From a virus (lineage: Duplodnaviria; Caudoviricetes), in the IMG/VR virus record IMGVR_UViG_3300043173_000166, positions 1 to 38,746 of that record: a stretch of DNA of 38,746 bases; one strand, 5' to 3'. The notes beneath the pieces were generated by a model that did no database searches, was not told the origin of the DNA, and worked only from the letters and a program-made list of their open reading frames with translations. Made by a program: the position numbers and the translations under genes. Below, piece after piece: positions 1 to 9,993 of the stretch (the first letter of the stretch is position 1; every line of letters starts with the position of its first letter).

Positions 1-1224
1 TGTGGTCATCTCGATCATCGGAACACTGATACTATTGCCCATCGCTGAAAAAGGTTGAGTGATTAACGTGCCTATGGTTTCTTCGGTGTACTCTGTGAAA
101 ATATCAGGAGTTAGCTCGCCTATTCTCCCGTCTTGAGAGTCACCGACTAATATCCTTCCATAAGCTGTGGTGAGCGAATTTACCCTCCATCGAGTGACGT
201 TCTTCTCACCTCTACCATCAATCACTACAGACTGCTTATCCTGCCATTTACCAGTGATTACGTTGTAACTAAGGGTAGTCTCAGGCAAATTGAAATCGAC
301 GAAATAAGCCCCTTTCTGTGCGTATGAGAGGGCGTGGATGTTTTGTAGCTCGGCATCAGTTAGGTTCTGTAATTTAACGTCGATGGCTGTAGTTGATATC
401 TTCTGCCCGTCTGCACCGTCAAATATCCAGATAGCGGGGGATTCATCTCTACCAGCGCCTACCCATGCAAATGTATTTTTAGTTGGAACAACGCCGAATG
501 GAGCTGATAGCCCCTGACTTAACTCAAAGCCTGCTTGTATCTGTACTGGAACACCTGAAGTCTCTACCACTGTAGCCACTTGAGTTGTTTGAGTGCCGAA
601 TAAGAATAACTGTCCTTTATGTTCTATCTGTCCTACCAATGAATCAGGGTCAGCATTAGCCTCAAAGAAATCCAGACTATTCCAAGTTAAACCATCATCG
701 CCCGCTGAAACTATCGCCCTCTTTTCGTCAGTCGTACACACGAAAAATGAACCAATATATTCAAGTGTTTGAGGTGCTCCGTGAGCCGTAAAGCCTGCTG
801 CTACAATCGTTGTTAGGGTATCTGGATCATCTACGAAGATATAACCATTACCGCCAGGCACAAGTATCATCAACTGAGAGCCGTTTGACACCATGAAGAC
901 AAAGCCTGAGCCTGCTATGGTACCTAATAACTCAATCTCGAATGTCTCAACCCCATCACCGTCTATTGTTCTATTCAGCCGTGATAATTTGGTACCGTTT
1001 ACCTGGTAAGACTGGTCTTTGAATGTCTCCATGCCGCGATTAATCTGCTGAATCGTACCGGTATTAGCTAGCTCATTAATCCCCGCCACACCTTTCAGTA
1101 CTTCTTGGGACCAAGCTGGAGCCTGCACTACATCAACGTACATATTGATTAATCTTTGTTGCGATACAGGAGAGGATTCATCTTGATACGATCCTCCGCT
1201 GATTGGCAGTGCCACTTTCGCCAT
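1..1224 (-). CDS. P22 gp10-like tail hub / DNA stabilization protein, N-terminal part (runs off window start)
   Basis: ATG at 1224 overlaps upstream TAA; begins MAKVALPISGGSYQDESSPVSQQRLINMY and reaches ...VPMIEMTT at base 1; position after gp4-like gene; continues at window end. Confidence 0.85.
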   Translation of the reverse strand, partial: MAKVALPISGGSYQDESSPVSQQRLINMYVDVVQAPAWSQEVLKGVAGINELANTGTIQQINRGMETFKDQSYQVNGTKLSRLNRTIDGDGVETFEIELLGTIAGSGFVFMVSNGSQLMILVPGGNGYIFVDDPDTLTTIVAAGFTAHGAPQTLEYIGSFFVCTTDEKRAIVSAGDDGLTWNSLDFFEANADPDSLVGQIEHKGQLFLFGTQTTQVATVVETSGVPVQIQAGFELSQGLSAPFGVVPTKNTFAWVGAGRDESPAIWIFDGADGQKISTTAIDVKLQNLTDAELQNIHALSYAQKGAYFVDFNLPETTLSYNVITGKWQDKQSVVIDGRGEKNVTRWRVNSLTTAYGRILVGDSQDGRIGELTPDIFTEYTEETIGTLITQPFSAMGNSISVPMIEMTT

Positions 1225-2777
1225 TAATTAATCCTCAATGTCGCATCCGTAACAATAATATTTACTGTCCCGTCGTTGTTCTCGGCCCACAATTCCAGGA
1301 AGTCATCCGTACTCAGCGTTACCTGCCATGCAATGGTTGTTCTGCCTGAAATTGTAGAGATGTCATTGGCAGCGCCTGAGTTCGCTATTACACTCCCATT
1401 CAGTGCGAGGTAGAACGTAACAGCGTTAGTTCCTCCGCTTGCCATTGCTGCTGTTATCGGAATAGTCACTGGGAGCCTAACGTCCTTGCCGCCGGTGTAT
1501 GTTGCCTTTCCTGTGGAATCAACGGTAAATTGAGACGCGCCTTCTTCCACCCATGTGTCACCTGTATCGACTTTAACCGGAGTGTTAATGGTTGTTATCG
1601 TGGTTTCAGTTGCATTTCCTGATAACGACATCATCGCGTCTGTTCTTGTGTCCCTAACCTCGTCATTTAGCAGGAAGTTCCAAAGCGTATCGTCTGACGT
1701 TATCCCCGACAGAGGATCACCTGCACCACTGACTCTGACGTTCGTCATCACACCCAGCGACCCGTCCGCTATATTGGCAGAGCTTGCAGCGCCTTTGAGT
1801 AAGGTTGTCCCAGCGGCAAGGAATGAAAATGAGTTAAGGAAGTTAAACCCAGAGAAAACGGCAGTGCCCAAATTGAGGAAATCACCGGCGTTTTGTACTA
1901 TAAGATTGTTTTGGACAATCATTACACCTGTTGTGCCAATAAAGCCTATCCCGTCTGTTTTGATATCCTCCCATGAAACATCTGATATCTGTACGGCACC
2001 CATTGTCTCAATAGTTCCGGCTGTATCGCACTCGGATACAGTCATATCAATCATTTGGAAAAGGTCTTGCCCGGTAGTTGATTTGGCGTTAAACGCCTCT
2101 CCATTAGGTGCAGCTAATTTGAATTTGGTTAGTTTTGAGCTTCCATCTGTGCAGTCAAACGCTGTCCCTGATCCTGTGTAGGTATAGGTTACAACAGATG
2201 AATCAACCGCTCTAAAGACAGAACTGTCTCCACAAATAAACTCATCGGGATTAGTGATATCGTTTGTCAGAAAGTAATCGGTATTATCTGCACCAAATAT
2301 CTTGCCACCAATTGCAGTAGGAAGATCAGATAACTCATTCACTAGAACGGTTTTTGTGGTTACTGGTGTTCCGCTCAACCCTATTTCGATATGGTTATCG
2401 ACAAGCGTTACAGCAAGTCCCTCAAGAGCCTCAATACTTGCAATTGTTGGCTGCGTAAGTGTTGTATTTAAAAATAATGGAACGCCTACAGGGTCTTGCA
2501 AGAAGTTATGCGATAGTGTGATGCCATTCTGTGCGCTTACAGACGATTTAACACCACTACCGTCTTCTAGGTTACGGATATTGTTTACTGTGCCCTGTGT
2601 GTCTAATACGGGCGTTGCAGTGGGGTCGCCGTCTTGTACGAGAGTTCCCGTAACACCGAATTGAGCGAGGTAATCAGCTTGGGTTATCTTAAAGTTCTCG
2701 CCGTTTTGAACTACGGTCAATAATCCATCGTCATCAACGGACGTTATGCCGATAAATTCGCTTATCTTTGTGCTCAT
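1224..2777 (-). CDS. Putative virion appendage/tail fibre protein (beta-rich)
   Basis: 517 aa, N-terminal KISEF motif, T/G/D/N-rich beta character, located between adaptor and hub genes. Confidence 0.6.
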   Translation of the reverse strand: MSTKISEFIGITSVDDDGLLTVVQNGENFKITQADYLAQFGVTGTLVQDGDPTATPVLDTQGTVNNIRNLEDGSGVKSSVSAQNGITLSHNFLQDPVGVPLFLNTTLTQPTIASIEALEGLAVTLVDNHIEIGLSGTPVTTKTVLVNELSDLPTAIGGKIFGADNTDYFLTNDITNPDEFICGDSSVFRAVDSSVVTYTYTGSGTAFDCTDGSSKLTKFKLAAPNGEAFNAKSTTGQDLFQMIDMTVSECDTAGTIETMGAVQISDVSWEDIKTDGIGFIGTTGVMIVQNNLIVQNAGDFLNLGTAVFSGFNFLNSFSFLAAGTTLLKGAASSANIADGSLGVMTNVRVSGAGDPLSGITSDDTLWNFLLNDEVRDTRTDAMMSLSGNATETTITTINTPVKVDTGDTWVEEGASQFTVDSTGKATYTGGKDVRLPVTIPITAAMASGGTNAVTFYLALNGSVIANSGAANDISTISGRTTIAWQVTLSTDDFLELWAENNDGTVNIIVTDATLRIN

Positions 2778-3250
2778 GTATTAGACTCCAGGCCGATATT
2801 CTGTCCTGTTTCAGTAATTAAGCTCTCATCAGCACCGGGGAAGAAATGATCACTGCTAAAGTTGCCATCTCCCTCATTGCCTGAGCCTACTGGAAGTGTT
2901 GAAGGGTAAGACATAGGCTCGAGAGTAATCCCTAGCTTACGCATAGCGTTTAAGCCTACCTTTGCCATTAGAATTGTTTCTTGCTGCACTGACGCGCCAA
3001 AATCAGCCGCTAGACTGATAGCCACATTGTTCACTAGGCCAAGCATCGCGCCATCTGGTATTGTGATTGGGTCGCCCAAGTCTGACACTACGGTATAGCC
3101 CAAGTTAATTCCGTTGGCTGCTTGTGCGGTCATGTAGTCATTCATTGCGGACACGGTATCTTGGAACTCTATGGGCTCCAGTTCTGACTCTGCACCATGA
3201 ACAATTATCTTGCCTAGAATCTTCTTACTTGCTGTTGCCGCCGTATCCAT
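2774..3250 (-). CDS. P22 gp4-like head-tail adaptor
   Basis: YPSTLPVGSGN motif typical of the gp4 family; follows coat gene; start probably MDTAATA at 3250. Confidence 0.85.
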   Translation of the reverse strand: MDTAATASKKILGKIIVHGAESELEPIEFQDTVSAMNDYMTAQAANGINLGYTVVSDLGDPITIPDGAMLGLVNNVAISLAADFGASVQQETILMAKVGLNAMRKLGITLEPMSYPSTLPVGSGNEGDGNFSSDHFFPGADESLITETGQNIGLESNT

Positions 3251-3404
3251 CTGCAATCATCTCTGCTTTGGTTCTGCGCTTACGTTTAGGTGGTGCTTCT
3301 TTATCTTCTATCCGTTTCCAGCCTAGCTTTTCAGCATAAGCAATTGTGACTTCCATTTCATTCGTGCTGATTGGGGTGCCACTTGGGCGCATCCAATTGA
3401 TCAT
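3225..3404 (-). CDS. Small basic hypothetical protein (59 aa)
   Basis: Read manually: MINWMRPSGTPISTNE...PPKRKRRTKAEMIADGYGGNSK; AAGG RBS; typical post-coat position. Confidence 0.7.
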   Translation of the reverse strand: MINWMRPSGTPISTNEMEVTIAYAEKLGWKRIEDKEAPPKRKRRTKAEMIADGYGGNSK

Positions 3405-3420
3405 AATTAAACCTTATTGG

Positions 3421-3442
3421 AAAAGGGGCCGCGAAGCCCCTT
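3421..3442 (-). terminator. Intrinsic terminator after coat gene
   Basis: Minus strand GGGGC-TTCGCG-GCCCC followed by TTTT. Confidence 0.7.
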
Positions 3443-3447
3443 CATGT

Positions 3448-4713
3448 TTAGCTACCCCAGCCAGTGCCAGAGAAGAATGGGTTGAATGTTGCAAATGCAG
3501 GAAGTATGTCGAAACGTACTTTCTGGGTATTCGCATCACCGTCAGCGTAGCGTGAAACACGTAAGCTGAAACCATCTGAGGTAGTGGCAACAGTGTCTGT
3601 GCTAAACAACTTGGGAAGCTTAACAGTACCAAGACCAAACGCTTGCTCATGGAAGAACAAGTTAGGCTGGTAAACAGTTGAAGCCGATCCCAGGATAGTC
3701 ACTACATCATCTTCAACAGGCGCAGAGTCAACAGTGTTGTATTGACCATCGGCCTCGAAGATTGCAGGACCAGCTACCAAGAGTGTGGCAATACCACTTG
3801 AAGCTGTACTAGCAGCCGTTACAGTTCCGCGCCAAGGGATTGCAGCACCAGTCTCATCAAATACCACTTCATTAGTATCCAAGTTAACCCGGTTGCGACC
3901 AGTGATTTGAATAACATCACCCGCAACAACAGGCAGGACGGTATCCAGCAACTTAACCACGAGAGTTTGAATCATGGTGTCCTTGTGAGCTACATAAGTA
4001 ACAACAGGGTCAGCATTCAAAGCACCTACACGATCTGAACCAGCACCAGTAGTATAAGAAGTCATGGCATTAGATGTCATTGCTCTCATTCCACCAAAGT
4101 TGCTAGAAATCTGCGCTTGTTCCCATGCTGTACGAACCAACTGATCAGCAGCCGTTAAGCCGTTCTGAGCATCAGCCAATGTACCGGCAGTGAAGGGGTT
4201 CATTACATAATTCCAGGGAGCGTCGTGCGGAACACCGATTGACTGCATCAATGCACCTGCTTGCTGTACATCGCTCCAGGCATCAGCAACAGTACCGACA
4301 GTACCGTGTGATAAGTTGGAGTTATTACGCATATAGGTCCAGAGATTAGTCTCTAGCGTGGTAATAGCTGTGCGAGCCATTGGCTGGAGTATTCTGTCCA
4401 GCTCATCAAGCTCAAGAGCCTCTTCCAAAGTAGACCATTCTGTAGCCACAGTGATCATGTTCTGGACTACGCCGGTTGCCTTGCCTGAGATGATATCGGA
4501 CTTAGTGGATGATCCAATATCACCACCAGCAGTCTCGATAGAGTTGTACATGTGTGAGCGCTTAAAGTCTACTTCATCACCAGAAGAAGGACCAAACTTG
4601 CCCGATAAGAGTTGAGTATTAACCGCTTTTGATACGACCCGCGTACTTTCTACGGCCTTGAGAAACCCTTTCGCAAGGGGGGTTGTGAAGTTACTGGATA
4701 AATTGTTAGCCAT
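3448..4713 (-). CDS. Major capsid (coat) protein, P22 gp5 family
   Basis: 421 aa, MANNL start, C-terminal RFDILPAFATFNP motif, follows scaffold. Confidence 0.93.
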   Translation of the reverse strand: MANNLSSNFTTPLAKGFLKAVESTRVVSKAVNTQLLSGKFGPSSGDEVDFKRSHMYNSIETAGGDIGSSTKSDIISGKATGVVQNMITVATEWSTLEEALELDELDRILQPMARTAITTLETNLWTYMRNNSNLSHGTVGTVADAWSDVQQAGALMQSIGVPHDAPWNYVMNPFTAGTLADAQNGLTAADQLVRTAWEQAQISSNFGGMRAMTSNAMTSYTTGAGSDRVGALNADPVVTYVAHKDTMIQTLVVKLLDTVLPVVAGDVIQITGRNRVNLDTNEVVFDETGAAIPWRGTVTAASTASSGIATLLVAGPAIFEADGQYNTVDSAPVEDDVVTILGSASTVYQPNLFFHEQAFGLGTVKLPKLFSTDTVATTSDGFSLRVSRYADGDANTQKVRFDILPAFATFNPFFSGTGWGS

Positions 4714-4725
4714 GCTATGCTACCT

Positions 4726-5505
4726 CTATTCATAAGTAGCTCCATCTGGCCCTCCATCTTTCGGTGGTGCGCCATTTCCGCTTAGTATTTCTGCGGGCGG
4801 TGGAGCTTCTGATTGCTTTGGTTTCAGTGCGGCAGCTTTGGCTTTGATATCAGCGTAGATAGTGCCTAGTGTCAGTGCATTAGCGCCGTTAAGCACCTGT
4901 ATGTCGGCTGGGTTGGTAGCTAAGTGCAAGAGAGCGAGCCCTCCTTCCTTATCGGCCATAATAGCTTGAGCAATCGCGGGGCTTAATCCGTGAGCGTCAA
5001 CCACATTTCCAGCTATTTGCAAATCTTCTAGCTTAATCCCGGCCTGCGTTGAATTGGTTACAAAGTCACTTCTGAGCTTGTTAGCCGCCTCTGCTTGCTG
5101 GTTTTGCGCTGTTACCTGAGCGTTATAGTCTGCCTCTTTTTGCTGCTCTTGCTGGTAATCCCAGACAGCAGCCTGTTGTGTGGCCTTGTCCCTTGCTGCA
5201 ATTTCCTCTGGTTCAGGAAACTCTTGAAGTTCTGGTACTGCTGGCCTGTCTACACTCTTGGGCTGATTAGCTTCTGCGAGTTGTCGCTTGAGCTCTTCGT
5301 TTTCCCGCTTGGCTTCACGTGCTTTAAAAGCATATTCTGCTGTCGCCTTCTGCTCTGGAGTAAACGTTGATTTTTCTTCGTGTTTTTCTTCACTATCTGA
5401 AACCGTTTCAGAGGTTGTTTCGGTTTGTGCTTCTTCTGTTGATTCGATTATTACATCGTCTGTTACAACAGTTTCTTGCACCTCAGCTTCTAGCTGGTCG
5501 GTCAT
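4726..5505 (-). CDS. Scaffolding protein
   Basis: Acidic, coiled-coil, C-terminal APPP; between portal and coat; start MTDQLEAE after AAGGGGA RBS. Confidence 0.85.
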   Translation of the reverse strand: MTDQLEAEVQETVVTDDVIIESTEEAQTETTSETVSDSEEKHEEKSTFTPEQKATAEYAFKAREAKRENEELKRQLAEANQPKSVDRPAVPELQEFPEPEEIAARDKATQQAAVWDYQQEQQKEADYNAQVTAQNQQAEAANKLRSDFVTNSTQAGIKLEDLQIAGNVVDAHGLSPAIAQAIMADKEGGLALLHLATNPADIQVLNGANALTLGTIYADIKAKAAALKPKQSEAPPPAEILSGNGAPPKDGGPDGATYE

Positions 5506-5558
5506 AGCATATCCCCTTGGGGTAAAATCGAGAGAGAGTCTCGTACTCATTGAGTCTG

Positions 5559-5587
5559 ATTATAATACTAAAGAAAGTTATACACAA
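5559..5587 (-). promoter_or_regulatory. Sigma70-like promoter for scaffold/coat
   Basis: Minus strand TTGTGT-N17-TATAAT, downstream of the portal terminator. Confidence 0.6.
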
Positions 5588-5664
5588 CTAATTGGGGATA
5601 AGTCTGTATATCCTGTTGATATGTGGATAAGTCTGTTGATATCGTGTGGACAGGCTGTGCATAA
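5578..5664. promoter_or_regulatory. Cluster of DnaA boxes
   Basis: TTATACACA 5578, TGGGGATAA 5593, TGTTGATAT 5614, TGTGGATAA 5622, TGTTGATAT 5634, TGTGGACAG 5645, TGTGCATAA 5656. Confidence 0.75.
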
Positions 5665-5684
5665 AAAAGACCTCCGAAGAGGCC
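5663..5684 (-). terminator. Intrinsic terminator after portal gene
   Basis: Minus strand GGCCTC-TTCG-GAGGTC followed by TTTTTT. Confidence 0.8.
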
Positions 5685-5727
5685 AAGGGTTGCGGGAAGG
5701 AAGGCCCGCTGCGGGTGGAGATACCCG

Positions 5728-7974
5728 CTAAGTCTGTGTTACATCCTCACCAATCGATGTATCCAAGCCCTGTTCTTCTTGAGCTTCTGTGATGCCTACT
5801 GCCTGATTAATGCCAGCTTCAACTAAATGTGGTCCTACGAATGTCTGCATAGCATCGGTTAAAGTCTTGAGGTTAGCAAACATATCATTGAACTGTTGTG
5901 ACTGTAACTGCTGAGTCTGGAGTATAGCATTAAACTGCTGTTGATCTGCTTTTAAATCCAAAGCCTGTTGATTCTGGTTTATTTTGGCAGCATCAAGATC
6001 AAACTTGTCATCTTTAGTAGCCAAGAATTTCTGCGTATCAAGGTCAATCTGCTTATTCCTAAGCTGTATATCTGCCATAGATATCTGCTGATTACCCTGT
6101 ATCTCATTCTGCTTGTTCTGGGCATTGAGCGTTTCAGCTTGGGCTTTCTGCATCTCTGCTTGTGCTGCTACCATTAGTGGATCGGGTTGCTGTGGTTGAT
6201 CCTGTGCCTGTTGTTGAGCCTGCTGCATCTCTTGTCGCTCTTCGTCAGTCCATTGTGATTCAGGTATCTTATTAGCTTCAAATAGCTCTCTGCGCCTACG
6301 TACACCAATCTCATCAAGACCCGGAGCGTTACTATTGTTTAGTAGAATATCGCTGCCTAGCTGTACGATAGAGGGGTCTAGCTGTGCCATCTCAACTATT
6401 GCCGCTACACTTTCCTCTTGTCTTGACGCGAATGACTTACCTACATCACACGTAACATCGTATCGACCTTTTGATAGGTCATTGAGCTTAACCATCTCGC
6501 CTGTGTTGTTATCAGCAACTAAAGACTGGTCGTTAATGGTCTTCATTTCAGAAGCGCCGTCTTCACCTAGTATACGGACTATTCGCTTAGCGTCATAAAC
6601 TCTGGGCAGTGCGTCGAGTATCACCCGGGCACCTGCACATATTGCAATCTTATGGCCGTTGTTCCAATCGATATTACCGGTATCGCCCGACTCTTTTAGC
6701 GAGTCAATAGCAACACCAGATTGTAGACCGGGATTACTGCCCATATTGGCATCGAATAAGCCTACAGACTCCTTGATAGCTTGATTGGCTGATTGTGATA
6801 TTTCGCTTAATCCTGGGTTGATCTGTGATGAGCCTATCTTAAAAGGGATTGGTTGGCCTTCTACGTGATTGTAGAATAGAACAGGGTCATTGTTCGTGTT
6901 CATGGTAGAAAGCGATTTCTGGTTGCCCTCTGCCTGCTCACGGGTCATTAGCATCTTGTCTTTCGGTGTTAACGCGCCCTCGCCTACCTTCCTTGATTCT
7001 GCATAGTTAATGACTCGGCATGGGTCCATGATCTTCTCTACAGCGCCGCGCCATATAATCTTGCTATCAGTGACCTTAAACTTGCCATACTCAGGTATTA
7101 ACGGGATTAGGGAGAATACTGTCTTCTCTTCTTCGTTCAACCAGCCACCACCGTCAAACTGCCTGATAAAGAATGTTCGCTTCTCTCTTGACCTGCGGTC
7201 TTTTACCGTAATTCCAGTCGCTGCAAGCTCATCTTTAACCTTGATATAGGACTCGTCTTCTTCATCGAATACACGACCATCGGACATTCTTAAAATATCT
7301 CGCGTGACCTTTCTGACGTAATAGAACGACCCGACGATGACATTCTCTACCTTGTTCACATAGGTTTCGGTTGTTCTGTCTTCAGATACTGACTGACCCG
7401 ACCCTTTAGGCCATTTCTCATCGTAAGCAATCTTTGAGAACGAAACCAACTTAAAGCCCCAATCTGAATCTGACCTATCCCGCTTCAGCGAGTTAGTGTC
7501 AAACCACACCGAATCTATAAAGTTTGGAACATCTTGGATTAATAAGTCTTGATCGAATGAACTATCATCTACAAATGCCTGTACAATCTCCCATCCATCA
7601 TATCCACCGGTAACTACCGAGGTTATCGCATCATCATATACATCATCAGCATTACTAATATTGTGTATATTCCTGATCATACCGTTGCGTAATTTAGCAT
7701 CATCCTCTGTTGCCTCGCCACCTGCGGGTTTAATCTTAATGCCAAAATCTTTCTGCTTAACCCTTCCTGCTATCTGGTCAACGATAGGATTGGCTTTGTC
7801 ATAAGTATACTGAGGCTGGTCTTTGAGTGCCGATGATACATGCTGCTCCCATTGGCCATCGCGCTTATCAACGAAGTCATGGGCCTCTCTTGCTGCCTCT
7901 CGATTGTCCTGATCCGCTTCTTGGGCGTCTTCTAAAAGGCTGATTGCTGTTGTGTAATCGCTAAAGTTTGGCAT
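5728..7974 (-). CDS. Portal protein, P22 gp1 family
   Basis: ~750 aa, GQW near N-terminus, SGVAI motif, Q-rich C-terminal barrel helix, follows terL (TAATG coupling at 7974). Confidence 0.92.
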   Translation of the reverse strand: MPNFSDYTTAISLLEDAQEADQDNREAAREAHDFVDKRDGQWEQHVSSALKDQPQYTYDKANPIVDQIAGRVKQKDFGIKIKPAGGEATEDDAKLRNGMIRNIHNISNADDVYDDAITSVVTGGYDGWEIVQAFVDDSSFDQDLLIQDVPNFIDSVWFDTNSLKRDRSDSDWGFKLVSFSKIAYDEKWPKGSGQSVSEDRTTETYVNKVENVIVGSFYYVRKVTRDILRMSDGRVFDEEDESYIKVKDELAATGITVKDRRSREKRTFFIRQFDGGGWLNEEEKTVFSLIPLIPEYGKFKVTDSKIIWRGAVEKIMDPCRVINYAESRKVGEGALTPKDKMLMTREQAEGNQKSLSTMNTNNDPVLFYNHVEGQPIPFKIGSSQINPGLSEISQSANQAIKESVGLFDANMGSNPGLQSGVAIDSLKESGDTGNIDWNNGHKIAICAGARVILDALPRVYDAKRIVRILGEDGASEMKTINDQSLVADNNTGEMVKLNDLSKGRYDVTCDVGKSFASRQEESVAAIVEMAQLDPSIVQLGSDILLNNSNAPGLDEIGVRRRRELFEANKIPESQWTDEERQEMQQAQQQAQDQPQQPDPLMVAAQAEMQKAQAETLNAQNKQNEIQGNQQISMADIQLRNKQIDLDTQKFLATKDDKFDLDAAKINQNQQALDLKADQQQFNAILQTQQLQSQQFNDMFANLKTLTDAMQTFVGPHLVEAGINQAVGITEAQEEQGLDTSIGEDVTQT

Positions 7975-9410
7975 TATCCCCATCCACTGAATTCAAGTTC
8001 TTCTGATATTACTGCCGCTTTTGGTTGAAATGTAGACATCATCATACAATCATACATGTTTGGTGAGGGCAATTCATACGGTTTCTTACTCATCTCAAGC
8101 TTAGTCATTACCTGGAACTTGCCGTTATTGTTCCGTTTACGTGGCACTCTGCATACTTGAGCGCGCACCTCATCGATGTTTTCTATACTCGAAGATAGGC
8201 TTATTAACTCGTCAGGGTCCATATATTCACCCTTAACCACCGCTCTCCAAGTATAGTAGAATCTCATCATTAGCCTGTGAGAGTACTGGGCTCTCTTATT
8301 CTTGAGTGATTCTTTGTTGGTCTTCCGGTCTTTCTTGCTCTTCTTCTTGTCGCTATCAACACTGACAAAAGGCTGTTCAGGGTCTTCTACGCCTTCAGAG
8401 CCCTTGAACATAAAGTATTCCATCTTCTTGCCAGATAGCTCTCTGTCCACATCTCGCTTTAGTGGTGCGCCTAATCCGTCACAATCCCATACAAACCAGT
8501 CAGCGTTATCGTTCGCAGCTCGCTCTAAAGCCCAGTCTAAGCCCTCGTTAACATCGCCCACCCTTTCCTCTCTTATATCCTCAAAGATTGAGCCATGACG
8601 CAATGAGTACCCTTTAGGGTCTGGTCCTAAGTCTGATGGGTCATGTGTTGCTATCCTCGCGCCCTCGCCTTTAAATCCAAGCTTAATATGAGCGTCAATT
8701 GATGCATCAAACCACTCTACCGGGATAATACTATCTGCTACCTCGTCATAAGGCTCACCTAACCATATATGCCGGTACATTGCACGGGTTAAGTTCTCTT
8801 CGTCGTACTGGCGCTCCTGCTCTAAGACATTGGGGAATAGAGGGTTATCGTGGTAATTAATCCAAACGATTAAATGCAAATCGTCCTCGTAGTAATGGTT
8901 CTTTCGTAGCTCTTTCTCAAAGGGCTTGAAGAATCGTTGTGAGAATGGATCGGCCATTGATCGGAGGTTGGCAGACATCCATATCTCGGAGTCTTCTGTT
9001 CTTAGTGTAGGAGTGAGGTTCTTTAATGACTCGAACGATATAGTCTGAGCTTCTTCTACCCAAAACCGTTTAAAGCCGTGCATTGACTTAACGCCTTCAG
9101 GGTTCCTGGCTAATCCTCTAAACTTAAAGACATCTTCACTGCCTGCCAGTATCTTGGTTGATTGGCACTCAAAGCCTTTTAGCTCTAACCTGTCTACCTC
9201 TGAGGTTAATAAGGATAATACTGAATCGTCTATGGTGTTTTGGTACTCGCGGAAGCAGGCTGTCTTGATTCCTTTGGTCTGAGCGTCCATTAAGCATAAA
9301 TCAGCAAAGGTCATGGACTTACCTGAACCTCTGCCGCCTATGGCTATCTTGAATCGTTTTTTCTTTTCAAGGAAGGGGAGTAACTTGGCGGGGATTTTCA
9401 TCTTAGGCAT
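7974..9410 (-). CDS. terL: Terminase large subunit (PBSX-like)
   Basis: Walker A GGRGSGKS, Walker B WVEEAQ, C-terminal nuclease domain (HDPSD...SPNMYD). Confidence 0.95.
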   Translation of the reverse strand: MPKMKIPAKLLPFLEKKKRFKIAIGGRGSGKSMTFADLCLMDAQTKGIKTACFREYQNTIDDSVLSLLTSEVDRLELKGFECQSTKILAGSEDVFKFRGLARNPEGVKSMHGFKRFWVEEAQTISFESLKNLTPTLRTEDSEIWMSANLRSMADPFSQRFFKPFEKELRKNHYYEDDLHLIVWINYHDNPLFPNVLEQERQYDEENLTRAMYRHIWLGEPYDEVADSIIPVEWFDASIDAHIKLGFKGEGARIATHDPSDLGPDPKGYSLRHGSIFEDIREERVGDVNEGLDWALERAANDNADWFVWDCDGLGAPLKRDVDRELSGKKMEYFMFKGSEGVEDPEQPFVSVDSDKKKSKKDRKTNKESLKNKRAQYSHRLMMRFYYTWRAVVKGEYMDPDELISLSSSIENIDEVRAQVCRVPRKRNNNGKFQVMTKLEMSKKPYELPSPNMYDCMMMSTFQPKAAVISEELEFSGWG

Positions 9411-9717
9411 CTTTGACTACTTCAACAGTCCAAAGCATGTCAACACCTATATCTCCTCCTCCTTCGCCGGTTAACTCTGTTGATTTAAGGTCAGGAAGAT
9501 ATTTATTGATCAATGATTTCTTTATATCTGCTGCCGCTCTGAGCCTTTGTATTTGTAATGCATCGAGTTCTTTGTTCTTGGGGTCTAGACTGCCCTCTAG
9601 ATCAGTTAATTTATTAGCAATATCAGTAACATGCTGAGCGTGCCCCTGTGAGGCTAATTGCTCCCTTAAAGCCTCTTGACGTATAGCTCTGTTCTTAGCT
9701 GCGTTAGTAGCTGCCAT
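9403..9717 (-). CDS. terS: Terminase small subunit
   Basis: Immediately upstream of terL; KYLPDLKSTELTGEGG motif. Confidence 0.75.
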   Translation of the reverse strand: MAATNAAKNRAIRQEALREQLASQGHAQHVTDIANKLTDLEGSLDPKNKELDALQIQRLRAAADIKKSLINKYLPDLKSTELTGEGGGDIGVDMLWTVEVVKDA

Positions 9718-9755
9718 TACTTCTTCTTCCTCTTAACCGTCATGATATCAATCCT

Positions 9756-9992
9756 TTACTTTCTAGCGCCAATTAATAACGTTGCAGTCGTTCCTGTGCT
9801 GAATATTTGGACTATTTCCCAAGGTAGTATCGCTCCCGCTACGACTGTGAATGATAGCACTGACCCATCTGCTGTTTTAACCTTTACGATCCCCGCCCCG
9901 CCGCAATATAGTCCCTGTGCAGGGAGTGTCAGTAATACTGTGTCGCTTTTTTGCGCTGAAGCATCAAAGCCGCCGTGCGCTACATAACTCAT
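9756..9992 (-). CDS. Head spike base protein, RcGTA Rcc01079-like
   Basis: SD..L...GLYCGGAGIVKV...G..LSF.V.AGAILP..I.QIFSTGTTAT pattern matches the family as I recall it. Confidence 0.75.
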   Translation of the reverse strand: MSYVAHGGFDASAQKSDTVLLTLPAQGLYCGGAGIVKVKTADGSVLSFTVVAGAILPWEIVQIFSTGTTATLLIGARK

Positions 9993-9993
9993 A

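Noticed and set aside
5590-5664. CRISPR-like mini-array
   Set aside because: Units are 9-12 bp with no unique spacers and no cas genes; better explained as DnaA boxes
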